Source: a virus | Strand: one strand, 5' to 3' | DNA: 60,562 nucleotides | Virus record (IMG/VR): IMGVR_UViG_3300034096_001198 | Span: 1-60,562 of that record | Part shown: positions 46,200 to 55,688 of the stretch, piece by piece | How positions within the stretch are numbered: the stretch's first letter is position 1 | How the letters are laid out: every line of letters starts with the position of its first letter | Notes under the pieces: model-generated | The model's input: the letters and a program-made list of their open reading frames with translations, nothing else | Databases searched by the model: none | Told to the model about the DNA's origin: nothing | Made by a program: the position numbers and the translations under genes

Positions 46200-47927
46200 T
46201 TATCCAAATACTAAAGCGTATTTTTTAGCTGAGTTTTCAATAAAACTCAAAATGTCAGAATCCATCTCTAAAATCCCTTGGTGAGAGATGGATGTCACAG
46301 TGTTTGTATAATAATATGCGACTGTGATCAAATAACTCCCATTCGCAAAACCTGAAGTCCCACTGATGGCAGTTACAGAGTCAATTACAGGGCTATACAA
46401 TCCCAATTCTGAAACAGGAACAGTAGTTGCCACTCCGCCAGATCCAGTTAAAGTAATAGTTTGAGTCGCTTCGCCTAACTGCACTGGAATGGTAAACTTA
46501 TTCCCCCCTACCCAAATCCATATATCTGTAGCATTGAAGTTCCCTTTTGAATTTCCTGCTATGACATCAAGATAGTCGGATCTGATATTTGTGGGATGCG
46601 TTAATTTAATCTGCAATTGTGTTGAAGGGCTTAACGTTACATTCCCCGCAACAATTGCTTTTCCGCAACCGTTTAATGTCCCGACCTTAGCTCTTAATGT
46701 TTGACCCGATACTAACTGCGAAACAACGAAACAAGTCCCATTCCCGTTAATAGCAACGATTTGATTGGCAGTGTTAGCAACCAGCCCAAGGACACCACGC
46801 TCTCCCACACCAATAAATGATCTGCCATTTACTATTCCCGATCCTGATAAGGCGATCGCACTTAAACCCGTATCAGGGACAATCCGACGCAGATCCAACC
46901 CCGCACTAATCAAATTACCAATGATTGCAGCCACACCCGAATAATAGCCAACACGCTCCCCGATTGATAGACTGACTTCTATCTGAGCATTCTCGGCTAC
47001 TCTCCCCCCTAAACTTGCCACGTCAACCTGAATCTCCACAGCAACTAGATAGGCATATCCCGATGGCAAATCTTTTTCTAAAATTAATCCCGAATTGTTG
47101 TTGGTATAAGTAATTCTTTGATTAATTCCCGTCATCTCCCCACCCCCAGAGGCGGAGGTATCCAGAGATCCATCGGTCAATTTGACGTACCCCAAAAATG
47201 TCAAATTGACCGCACCCGCACCAAAAAACAGATCAGTTAAGTCCGTATCCCCCCACGATATCCCTACTGATATGGATCTCCCCGCAAAATAGGGAGATGT
47301 CGTTTCGTTTCTTAGCCAAAATTTGACGGGCTCGGAATAACTTCTGTCAACCGCATAATCGGGACGGATAATAATTTCTTTTTGCTCATCTGTGAACTCA
47401 GAAAGCAACCTATCACAGCCGTTTACCGAACGAGTTGATGTAACTAAGGTTTGGAATTCTTGGGGATAAACCCTCAGCCACTGACTGTCTTGCCATTCTC
47501 TAATTTCTCCCCATTCGTCAACGTAAACCCGCATCCCGTCGATTTTATTAACAGGGATTTGAGAGGTATTCGCTACGCTTTTTTGAGTAACGAAGTATTC
47601 ATTTTTGTTAAGTGTTAGCGTCCCAGGTAAAGTATCTGAAGCTGAGTAAGTGGCTATAACATAAGCAGTTAAATAGGTATTTGTCGGGGAGAATGACAGC
47701 ACATAGGAGACTGGATCATACCCCTCACAGTTACAGTTAGGCACAATTACAGTCACACCTTGACCCGTTGTTAAATTGATGGCGGTTGGAGGGGAATACA
47801 GGTTAAATCCTTGGCGGTTCCGCATCTGCCAATACAACGAACCCGAAACCGGAGTTGTTAAACTTCCCGAAATTACTGAGACAACCGGAGCAGGAATTTG
47901 AGAGGGAATACCAGCGTAAGTCAGCAT
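46200..47927 (-). CDS. Virion structural protein candidate
   Basis: 575-aa beta-rich ORF in the tail cluster. Confidence 0.6.
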   Translation of the reverse strand: MLTYAGIPSQIPAPVVSVISGSLTTPVSGSLYWQMRNRQGFNLYSPPTAINLTTGQGVTVIVPNCNCEGYDPVSYVLSFSPTNTYLTAYVIATYSASDTLPGTLTLNKNEYFVTQKSVANTSQIPVNKIDGMRVYVDEWGEIREWQDSQWLRVYPQEFQTLVTSTRSVNGCDRLLSEFTDEQKEIIIRPDYAVDRSYSEPVKFWLRNETTSPYFAGRSISVGISWGDTDLTDLFFGAGAVNLTFLGYVKLTDGSLDTSASGGGEMTGINQRITYTNNNSGLILEKDLPSGYAYLVAVEIQVDVASLGGRVAENAQIEVSLSIGERVGYYSGVAAIIGNLISAGLDLRRIVPDTGLSAIALSGSGIVNGRSFIGVGERGVLGLVANTANQIVAINGNGTCFVVSQLVSGQTLRAKVGTLNGCGKAIVAGNVTLSPSTQLQIKLTHPTNIRSDYLDVIAGNSKGNFNATDIWIWVGGNKFTIPVQLGEATQTITLTGSGGVATTVPVSELGLYSPVIDSVTAISGTSGFANGSYLITVAYYYTNTVTSISHQGILEMDSDILSFIENSAKKYALVFG

Positions 47928-47953
47928 ATTTTATTGTTTACCATTGTACTCAT

Positions 47954-48160
47954 TTATCCTTGAATTACTTGCCATTTACCATTGTGTTTAAAGGCGATCG
48001 CATTCCCTGTAACCACACCTTTAGCTACAAAACTTTTACCCATCCCAGAGAATACAGATCCACTATTCCCCAGAGGGTAAGCCTTGCCAATTAACACTGA
48101 TTTGTTAAGAGCGTTTAATCGACTTAAAGTCTGAGATGCGATTTGATTTACCGTCGCCAT
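47954..48160 (-). CDS. Small hypothetical protein
   Basis: 68-aa ORF. Confidence 0.5.
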   Translation of the reverse strand: MATVNQIASQTLSRLNALNKSVLIGKAYPLGNSGSVFSGMGKSFVAKGVVTGNAIAFKHNGKWQVIQG

Positions 48161-48321
48161 GCTACTGATTCCCTTAACGTTCTGGTTTGGTTTGTTGCTC
48201 TTACCGTTTTCCCTCCATATCTACCAGTGATGGAATTTCCTGAAATATTCCAGGTTGGCTGTCCACTGCTTAATATTCTTAAAAGTTTGGCTGCTAATTC
48301 TCTTTCTTTTGGGGACGACAT

Positions 48322-50778
48322 TTAATTCCTCCGACCGGGGACAGTTGAGGGTAAAACCCCTCCTAAAGTAATTATAGTGGCATTATTGTCTACCTTTGGA
48401 TCTTCCCCTTGGTTATTGTCCGAACCTTCATTAGATGGGACAGTATCTTCTATTGTCTCAATACGAATAGAGCGACTGTCCGACAATCCTAGTGTTAGCT
48501 TTGTGCCGTCCGTTTTACAGATTGGATCTAATCCGTAGGCATTCTGACTTCCATCATATTCAAGGGTATAAGAAGCCGATAAGACTCTAAATCTTCCCCG
48601 AAATCTATCCCCACTAAAAGTACAAAAATCTCCCCCTTCAATATTTGGGAAGTGCCAGCTAACTGTTCGGGTTTCTTGGGTGCTTTGAAGGGTGTTAATT
48701 GTAAGTTGAGTTTTTGCTGCTTCTTTTGCTTGCTCAAGGGTAGAAGCAGCCCCAAAACTTAGACTCTCTCCCCCCTCTGATGCCCATTCAGGGATTGAAT
48801 CAGAGTAGACAAAGTAGCGTTTTCCGACACCTTCTTTTGTCGTTACAACACTTTTTGTATAGGTTTTTTTGGGTTGCTGTTGCTCCCATGTTGTTTTCCT
48901 GTATTGAGCTTCCGGGGGTCTACCCTGAATCTCCCGATATCGAACATTCTCAACCCCATCAACAAACCCTGCTCCCGATGCGGTTAACTCCACTATTTTC
49001 TCGGTTGAATATTCGTCGTTCTTTTTAGTCCAAATTGATTGATAGTAACTTTCCTCTCCTGTAACAAGTGCTGGCAGAGGATCTTCGCTGGTTGAGTCGG
49101 GGTGAGCCATTACTGCAATCGAAGACGCTTGGCGAGATTCCGTCCAGACCAGCATTGGCTCTACAAAATCCATGTCGGCAGTAATTAAGCCCACTTTCAA
49201 CTTTCGATTAGAGCCCTCTTCTGGGGGTGTAACCTTTGAGAACATTTTTCGCTGCATTTGCTCGTCCATTTCATCCCAAAAAACCCACTCAATGCTGTAA
49301 GGGACTGTATCCTGTTCATAGTCTGCGCGCATTGATTTGATGTAAAAGCTGGTTACATCTTGCCTGTTTATCTTTTGAAATTTAACTACTTTCCACCAAG
49401 GAGCGAGGATTAGCCTTCCTGTCTTTTTCAGTATCCACTGCATTCTTTCTTGACCTGGTGGGCCGACATAACCCCATCCCCATTCCATTTCGTCTATCAT
49501 TCCCTCCCCATTAACAAAAGTCATCTCACGGGTATCAGTATCCCCTCCTGGTTCTTCCTGTTGAAATCGGCTTAATTTCCATCCAGACGTGACAATACTT
49601 GTCAAGTATTTAGCATTTGAAACCTTAGATTGAAGCCCCTTCAATGAATCACCACGTCCTAAATATTCTTCATAATCTGGATGCACAGTTAACTGATATT
49701 CTATTTCTTTTGTGTTCTTAGGTGTAGTAAGTGTGTAAGTCGGTGGTTCTACTGCCTGATAATAATAGCGAGTTTCTTGAAATTCGATTAGTTTCCAGTA
49801 ATTTCCTGGGTTAGTAATCATTAATCCATCGGGCGTTTCAATAAAATCTTTTAAATAATAAGCAAATCCCCACGTCTCGATAACCTCTCTGTCTGTTTGC
49901 CCGTCAATTGTATAAGTTGTTCTCCTGACTTTCTTGGGGCCGGATTGGTCTAAGTTGCTATCTAAACTCCTTAAAATAGTTGTTCCTTTTGGTGGGTTTG
50001 TTACGTCTTGGTCGTATTCATATTCGGTTTTAAGTTCAGGTTCTTTTTCCTCGAATTCGGGAGGTGAATTTGGGTCAACTTGCTCTTTGTTACTTTCCCT
50101 TGGAGTCCATGTCAACGCGGCTCCATTGTAATAGGGTGCGACTCCTAACTGGTTAGATCCGTCCGCTATTTGTTCTCCCCAACTAAAACTATAAGAAGAG
50201 CCAGAATTGATATTCTTCAATCCGACAAACTGCCCATAATGGACGTAACAGCCTTGTACTAAGGCATATTCCCCAAGTACGTCATCCAGGGAAATCATAG
50301 AGTCTTCGCCAACTTCATCAATGAAGATGTTAAACCCACCAGACAAATTGACCCCCGCCTTGGATGCCAACCGACTCGCCGATAATGTCCCCGTGGCAAT
50401 ATTAACCAAAGGCTTGATTTTCACCGACCGTGAACAGTAAACCTTCCACCATCCTTCTAGGTTGATTGAGACAGTATAAACATTTATTTTCTGGGTTCCT
50501 TTATATAAATATCCAGTTCTTTCGTAGCCATAACCGCCATCGGGAGCAACTCTAAATGGAATCCCATCTATGGTGATTCTTGTATTCCTTGAAGGATCAT
50601 AAACCTGCTCGTAACTGCTAATATCTTCTTCTGTAATCCCTTCATAGGTAATTGAGGCACTGGGATGATCTTGGAAACTTTTTGTAACAGTTAATGATCC
50701 CAGTTTTATCGGAACTGGAAGGTCAGGGGGATTTTTGACAATATTACTTTTAAATAATGGACGGGAAACAATAGGCAT
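48322..50778 (-). CDS. Phage tail/baseplate protein
   Basis: 818-aa ORF in the structural cluster. Confidence 0.65.
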   Translation of the reverse strand: MPIVSRPLFKSNIVKNPPDLPVPIKLGSLTVTKSFQDHPSASITYEGITEEDISSYEQVYDPSRNTRITIDGIPFRVAPDGGYGYERTGYLYKGTQKINVYTVSINLEGWWKVYCSRSVKIKPLVNIATGTLSASRLASKAGVNLSGGFNIFIDEVGEDSMISLDDVLGEYALVQGCYVHYGQFVGLKNINSGSSYSFSWGEQIADGSNQLGVAPYYNGAALTWTPRESNKEQVDPNSPPEFEEKEPELKTEYEYDQDVTNPPKGTTILRSLDSNLDQSGPKKVRRTTYTIDGQTDREVIETWGFAYYLKDFIETPDGLMITNPGNYWKLIEFQETRYYYQAVEPPTYTLTTPKNTKEIEYQLTVHPDYEEYLGRGDSLKGLQSKVSNAKYLTSIVTSGWKLSRFQQEEPGGDTDTREMTFVNGEGMIDEMEWGWGYVGPPGQERMQWILKKTGRLILAPWWKVVKFQKINRQDVTSFYIKSMRADYEQDTVPYSIEWVFWDEMDEQMQRKMFSKVTPPEEGSNRKLKVGLITADMDFVEPMLVWTESRQASSIAVMAHPDSTSEDPLPALVTGEESYYQSIWTKKNDEYSTEKIVELTASGAGFVDGVENVRYREIQGRPPEAQYRKTTWEQQQPKKTYTKSVVTTKEGVGKRYFVYSDSIPEWASEGGESLSFGAASTLEQAKEAAKTQLTINTLQSTQETRTVSWHFPNIEGGDFCTFSGDRFRGRFRVLSASYTLEYDGSQNAYGLDPICKTDGTKLTLGLSDSRSIRIETIEDTVPSNEGSDNNQGEDPKVDNNATIITLGGVLPSTVPGRRN

Positions 50779-50782
50779 AATA

Positions 50783-51502
50783 TCAAGTGATTAATTTTAA
50801 AGATTGAATGGCATCATCCCAGAAAAACTGACCAGGTGTAAATTCTCCCTGTTGCTCAACAAACCGTCTGCCTCTCCATTCTACATAATCAATAAATCCC
50901 AAGTTCTCCCCAATATTAAAAACATTGAGTTGACCAATTAGCTCCTGAGGTGCGGTATATTGCCCTGTCATCTCCAAAGTTTCCCCTCCTCTAATCCGAC
51001 AGCAGGAATTAGAGCAATCAATCACAACTCGCTCCCCTACTTGCCCAAAATTAAGAGGGACACCTCTATTTAAAACTTGAGACACAATCATTCCTGAAGG
51101 AACGGTAACTATCAACTCACACATTACCCTGGGGATAGGGGCGTTAAATTCTATGGTTAAATTAATACTATCAGGAACGGTATTAGTCGCAAAATAGACA
51201 GTAGTATTTTGTAAATAGAATCTTTGCCCAGTCAATCTATCTGGGTTTGTGGCTTGAATAAAATTGTTTATCCCGACCCGTAGAACAGCTAAAAAAGGCA
51301 GGTTTATTTTATAAAGGGTAAAGACGGCATCAGGGGTTGTTAGCTCTGTTGGGGAAGGGTTAACGCCAGGGTATTTGTGAAATGTTTTAGTTTGAAATAA
51401 AGGAGCTAATGTCTGATTTCCTTGTGCAGACAAAATAGGAGCCGATAAATTAAATGGACTCAGGATTGTTGCGGGTAAGTTAGAATTAGAGAGTGTGAAC
51501 AT
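50783..51502 (-). CDS. Phage tail-associated protein
   Basis: 239-aa ORF abutting the tail gene. Confidence 0.55.
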   Translation of the reverse strand: MFTLSNSNLPATILSPFNLSAPILSAQGNQTLAPLFQTKTFHKYPGVNPSPTELTTPDAVFTLYKINLPFLAVLRVGINNFIQATNPDRLTGQRFYLQNTTVYFATNTVPDSINLTIEFNAPIPRVMCELIVTVPSGMIVSQVLNRGVPLNFGQVGERVVIDCSNSCCRIRGGETLEMTGQYTAPQELIGQLNVFNIGENLGFIDYVEWRGRRFVEQQGEFTPGQFFWDDAIQSLKLIT

Positions 51503-51533
51503 AAAAAATTAATTTAACTACTAATATTATCCC

Positions 51534-51950
51534 GTGAATTATCGCCAAGAATTAAAACAGACCATAGAATTGTTTGTCCCTCAAGTTGAACAAGCATTTC
51601 TCAAAGCATTCTATTTAAAAGACCTCGACTTTGGGCGGGACTTAATGATAGGGGAACGGACGGGTGCGATAGATTGGTACACATCCGATCTAGGATCTCT
51701 CACGGGGAACGTGATGATTTCGATGGGTTGTAGCTCCCGTTTAAATGCGGAGATCGAAAAGGCAACCGAGGCTATCTATGCCAGACACGGGATATTCTCC
51801 ATTAACGAGGAGGTTGTTAGAGCGCTAGAGCTTTCAACTGCAAAGGTACAGCTAAAAGGGGAAGTTAACGCTACAACGGTGCAACAGACTTCTTCTCGGC
51901 TTTGGGTAGCAATCTCCACGTTTCAAATTGACTGTTTTATTGGGTTATGA
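51534..51950 (+). CDS. Hypothetical protein
   Basis: 138-aa ORF. Confidence 0.5.
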   Translation: MNYRQELKQTIELFVPQVEQAFLKAFYLKDLDFGRDLMIGERTGAIDWYTSDLGSLTGNVMISMGCSSRLNAEIEKATEAIYARHGIFSINEEVVRALELSTAKVQLKGEVNATTVQQTSSRLWVAISTFQIDCFIGL

Positions 51951-51952
51951 AC

Positions 51953-53557
51953 CTATTTTTTCATCCAATCGGCTAATCCTTCTCGGTAAGTTTTGGCGAA
52001 CGCATAGCATACCGCATCGGCTAAGTTAGGCGATCGCCCGATAATACGCTTAATATCATCTTTTTTGGTAATCATTATTGTTTTCCCAGACTCCCACCAC
52101 CGGAATGCACAGAGTTCTTCTTTTAATTGATCATCGGGAGGTAAACAGATCGGGATTTGATTCTTGGGGTCTAATAAGTCTCGCAGATTCCAGTACCAAT
52201 AAGTCCGCATATTAGCAAAAGTCAAGAGTCCGCTTTTGTCTTTCAAATACTCGCCGTTTCCATCCTTCGCGGCTTCACTTCCTTTCAAGGGAATAACGTG
52301 CATTTTCATCCCTCGACAGGTATCGTGAACCGCAGCACCCACCCCAATTACGTCAATTTGTACCTTTACCCCAATGTTCGCCATACAGGAGGCAATCTGC
52401 TGTGCGACAATATTGCTGTCTGGGGTCTGGCTTCCATCAAATTCCCTGAGTCTATCAAGCCAGTTGTCCCATCGCAGAGCCAACACTGTCTTATCTATCC
52501 CACCCCTCGCCACATCCACACCAATATGGGACATTTTTAAGGTTTGAGGATAGTCAACCCATCGTTGCATCGCCAAAGTGACCCAATCCCCAGGAATAAC
52601 TTGATAGGGGTCTGATTCTGGCTCGATGGTCATGTCGCCATAGAGAAGCTGCGATCGCAAAGGTTCAGGGAGAGATTGCAGCACCCCTCTATATCCTGAA
52701 TCTTTCAGGAAAGGATTGTCGTCTAGTGTCGCTCGAATAAATGTGCGGGATCGGGGTTCTAAGTCTTCGTCTCCAATTCTGATCTTTTTAGGCTTGGGAT
52801 AATAGAGTTTTCCCTCAACCTTTACAGGATCAAGAGAAGAAACCTCGTGGATTTCCTTGCCAATCGTGAGATAAAAGCTATCAACATCTACTTCTTGGTC
52901 TTTCCCGTTTACCCCCACAAACCAGCGCAACTCACCTGGTTCGGCAAGGTGTCTTCCCGTCTGAGATTCATATTTTGGATCAAGCCAGGGAGCCAGATAA
53001 CCAATAATCCATCGCCCACTTACTTGACTGGGAGGATTAAACGTAAAGATTACTCGGCATTTTTGATGGGGATCGGGACTTCTGCACCAACCCGTTAAAA
53101 AGAGGAATTGCTCAAGGGAGAATTCTGTCACCTCGTCTACTGCCTTGAGATCGTGTTCAATCCCTCGCCAGTTTTCAATATCACTTTCATGTTGCGCCGC
53201 GCCAAACTTTAGAGTTCTCCCTCCGGGTATTTTCCTCCACAGCTTTTCGTTACTATTGTAAGTAGCCCCACTCCCCCGTAATAATAGCCGTGATTTTTCA
53301 ATAATATCTAGCAGCCGAGGATACTCTCGCCGGAAAACAATTGATTTCCGGTGTTGTGTCACCGCCATAATCTGAATGATTGCGGTTTTCCCCCCTCCAG
53401 CACTCCCCCCAAACCCAATAATGTCAGCATGGGAAGACAAAGCCATTCTTTGTGGTTCACTTTTGGGTTCCCAAGGGTTCCAGTTTGCAATACTCTGTCC
53501 AGTAAATCCTAATTTGTCTAATACAGAAGGGTAGCCACTATGTCTTTGTTTTGTCAC
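51953..53557 (-). CDS. terL: Phage terminase large subunit
   Basis: GFGGSAGGGKTAIIQ Walker A; DLKAVDEVTEF; FTFNPP; HIGVDVARGGIDKTVLALRW nuclease motif. Confidence 0.93.
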   Translation of the reverse strand: MTKQRHSGYPSVLDKLGFTGQSIANWNPWEPKSEPQRMALSSHADIIGFGGSAGGGKTAIIQIMAVTQHRKSIVFRREYPRLLDIIEKSRLLLRGSGATYNSNEKLWRKIPGGRTLKFGAAQHESDIENWRGIEHDLKAVDEVTEFSLEQFLFLTGWCRSPDPHQKCRVIFTFNPPSQVSGRWIIGYLAPWLDPKYESQTGRHLAEPGELRWFVGVNGKDQEVDVDSFYLTIGKEIHEVSSLDPVKVEGKLYYPKPKKIRIGDEDLEPRSRTFIRATLDDNPFLKDSGYRGVLQSLPEPLRSQLLYGDMTIEPESDPYQVIPGDWVTLAMQRWVDYPQTLKMSHIGVDVARGGIDKTVLALRWDNWLDRLREFDGSQTPDSNIVAQQIASCMANIGVKVQIDVIGVGAAVHDTCRGMKMHVIPLKGSEAAKDGNGEYLKDKSGLLTFANMRTYWYWNLRDLLDPKNQIPICLPPDDQLKEELCAFRWWESGKTIMITKKDDIKRIIGRSPNLADAVCYAFAKTYREGLADWMKK

Positions 53558-53649
53558 CTATCTTCCCCGTATAACCAATTGTGATTTTAATTTTTATCCT
53601 TCCCTTTGAAGATGGTCTAGTTGCTCTATTTAGAACAATTCTTTCCATA

Positions 53650-54309
53650 TTAAAACTCCGTAGGAACACTTACCCCAAAATTAATTAACCAGTTATATAA
53701 CCTAGACCTATCCTTAACAAAATCATCGTCCAATGGTTCGTTTTCTAAGTTTTCATCCCCACCTGTTGTTTCCCCTTTGGCTAACTCCTCCGCCTGTTTT
53801 AGTCTATCATTTGCTTGTTTACATAGCTTTGCCAAATCATCTAAAGAGTAATGATTTTCAAGTCCTCCCACCTTAAATATTAAGATAGCATCCGCTATAA
53901 TATCAAGGGCTAAATCTCCCGTTGTAATAAGCTCCTGGGGAAGTAATTTAGAGTCTGTCCCATCTTCGGGATACTTGTAACCTAATAATTGTTCTAGTAA
54001 ACTCAATCCTGGGATTAGCTGCTCTCGATAGGTGATTGGCTCCGTTGCTATAAAAAAATGATGGCGTGATTCTTGAGTTAATTGGTCAGGATCAAACTCA
54101 AAAAAATGAGCTATTTTTAAATAATGATAACGAAACCGAGGGAAAAGGTAATCATCCATTTTCTCTGGGTAAATGTGAAGCCCTGCAATGGACTTCTTTA
54201 AATCCAAAAGATATGCAGATAGTTTCCTAGACTCTCTAATAGCCACAGGGAAAACCAAGATAAAATTCCCAGTCTGATAATTTAATCGGAAGTGCAACAT
54301 TAAAGCCAC
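53650..54309 (-). CDS. Phage hypothetical protein
   Basis: 219-aa ORF in the structural cluster. Confidence 0.55.
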   Translation of the reverse strand: MALMLHFRLNYQTGNFILVFPVAIRESRKLSAYLLDLKKSIAGLHIYPEKMDDYLFPRFRYHYLKIAHFFEFDPDQLTQESRHHFFIATEPITYREQLIPGLSLLEQLLGYKYPEDGTDSKLLPQELITTGDLALDIIADAILIFKVGGLENHYSLDDLAKLCKQANDRLKQAEELAKGETTGGDENLENEPLDDDFVKDRSRLYNWLINFGVSVPTEF

Positions 54310-55073
54310 TCCTCCTGACTATCTTGCCAATTAACTAACTTGATTCTATTGCCAAATAATGGCTCGAATTCGCATTGTTTTAATTCCAAATATCGCCACC
54401 TTCGATTTAGGGATTCCCCTTCCTTGAAGACAAGATGGGCATCTAATTTTTCTATGGGTTCCTGTAGCTCTTGGGTCGCTTCACGGTAAATCACCTGCGT
54501 CCTAATTTTTACCGTTTGCCCAGAAAGATTGGGAGAAGCATAGATTTTCCCGCCTTCTTCAACCACGATTTGAGATTGACCTGTAATCCTATCTACTAAT
54601 TCTACTGTTAGAGGCGATTTATTATCGGCATTTGGGAAGTAATAAGCGATCGCCTCGCTATCTGGTTTAGGGATTTTAATATCATATTTTGAAGCATTGC
54701 CAGAGAGGGATAATTGCCCACTATTCCCCGATAACCTCGCCTCTAAGAGCGTAAAGTCCAGAAATTCAGGGGTAACAGCCCATCGTTTTTTCCTGCACAA
54801 TGCCGCGACTAATGGATGACCAGCTAACTTTAACTCAATTTTATCTTCGTCAACCTTGACAGAAGAAGGCAACACCAAATCAGGAGGGGTGTACAACTCG
54901 CCTCCTGACTCCTTTACCCAAGCTCGGCAAACTTTACGCATTAACAGAAGCGGAGATCGCCTCCATGCTTGTAGGGTGATTTGCGAGGGTTTCAGTGCCT
55001 GTCCGTGAAACAGTAGGAGGGTTTCCCCCGTCATAAAAAATGGCTTGTGAAACCCCTGCAATATTCCGCCCAC
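54300..55073 (-). CDS. Phage hypothetical protein
   Basis: 257-aa ORF. Confidence 0.55.
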   Translation of the reverse strand: MGGILQGFHKPFFMTGETLLLFHGQALKPSQITLQAWRRSPLLLMRKVCRAWVKESGGELYTPPDLVLPSSVKVDEDKIELKLAGHPLVAALCRKKRWAVTPEFLDFTLLEARLSGNSGQLSLSGNASKYDIKIPKPDSEAIAYYFPNADNKSPLTVELVDRITGQSQIVVEEGGKIYASPNLSGQTVKIRTQVIYREATQELQEPIEKLDAHLVFKEGESLNRRWRYLELKQCEFEPLFGNRIKLVNWQDSQEEWL

Positions 55074-55617
55074 CAGAGGGGAGAATGAAGTACGTTTTTA
55101 TCTCTCCTATTTTTCGCATTTTTGCGGTTCCCGATGCAGCAGTGGTTTGGGCGACAACAATATTACTAGGCGTGGTAGACCCACCTACATCGTAAGTAAT
55201 TGTTACCCCAGGCAAGTCAGAAGTAAGGGTTAAAACATTGGTCGCTGCCGTTCCTGAAACCAAAGCAGATGCAGAAGGAACTCCATTAATCTCCTCTAAA
55301 AGTCTTGTTGCAATTGTGGTCGCAGTATCACCTGACCTTTGGGTATGGGAGACAATAGCCGAGTTACCCCCGGCAGTGATTCCTATTAGGTAGTCATCCC
55401 CTGTACTCCCTGCTGTGATGGTCATGGTATTCACTTGAGACACCGCGCCACCAAAATCTGCCCAGGCTTCTAACACATCCTTTACCACCCCCCCTTCAGT
55501 AATTTGTGTCCGTACCCTTTTAAAAGGGATTGTTACCGTCAGGTCGGGTTGGGATGCAGGATAACTAATTGAGCCAATTGAAGAAGTCATTTGTTTTGAG
55601 TAATAACTTATTAACAA
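54934..55617 (-). CDS. Phage structural protein candidate
   Basis: 227-aa S/T/G-rich ORF; likely start MTSSIGSISYP. Confidence 0.5.
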   Translation of the reverse strand: MLISYYSKQMTSSIGSISYPASQPDLTVTIPFKRVRTQITEGGVVKDVLEAWADFGGAVSQVNTMTITAGSTGDDYLIGITAGGNSAIVSHTQRSGDTATTIATRLLEEINGVPSASALVSGTAATNVLTLTSDLPGVTITYDVGGSTTPSNIVVAQTTAASGTAKMRKIGEIKTYFILPSGGRNIAGVSQAIFYDGGNPPTVSRTGTETLANHPTSMEAISASVNA

Positions 55618-55688
55618 TATTATAATTATAATTATGCCTTAAACTCAAAGATAATTCCGCAAAAAAATACCAATAACTTTATATAAAA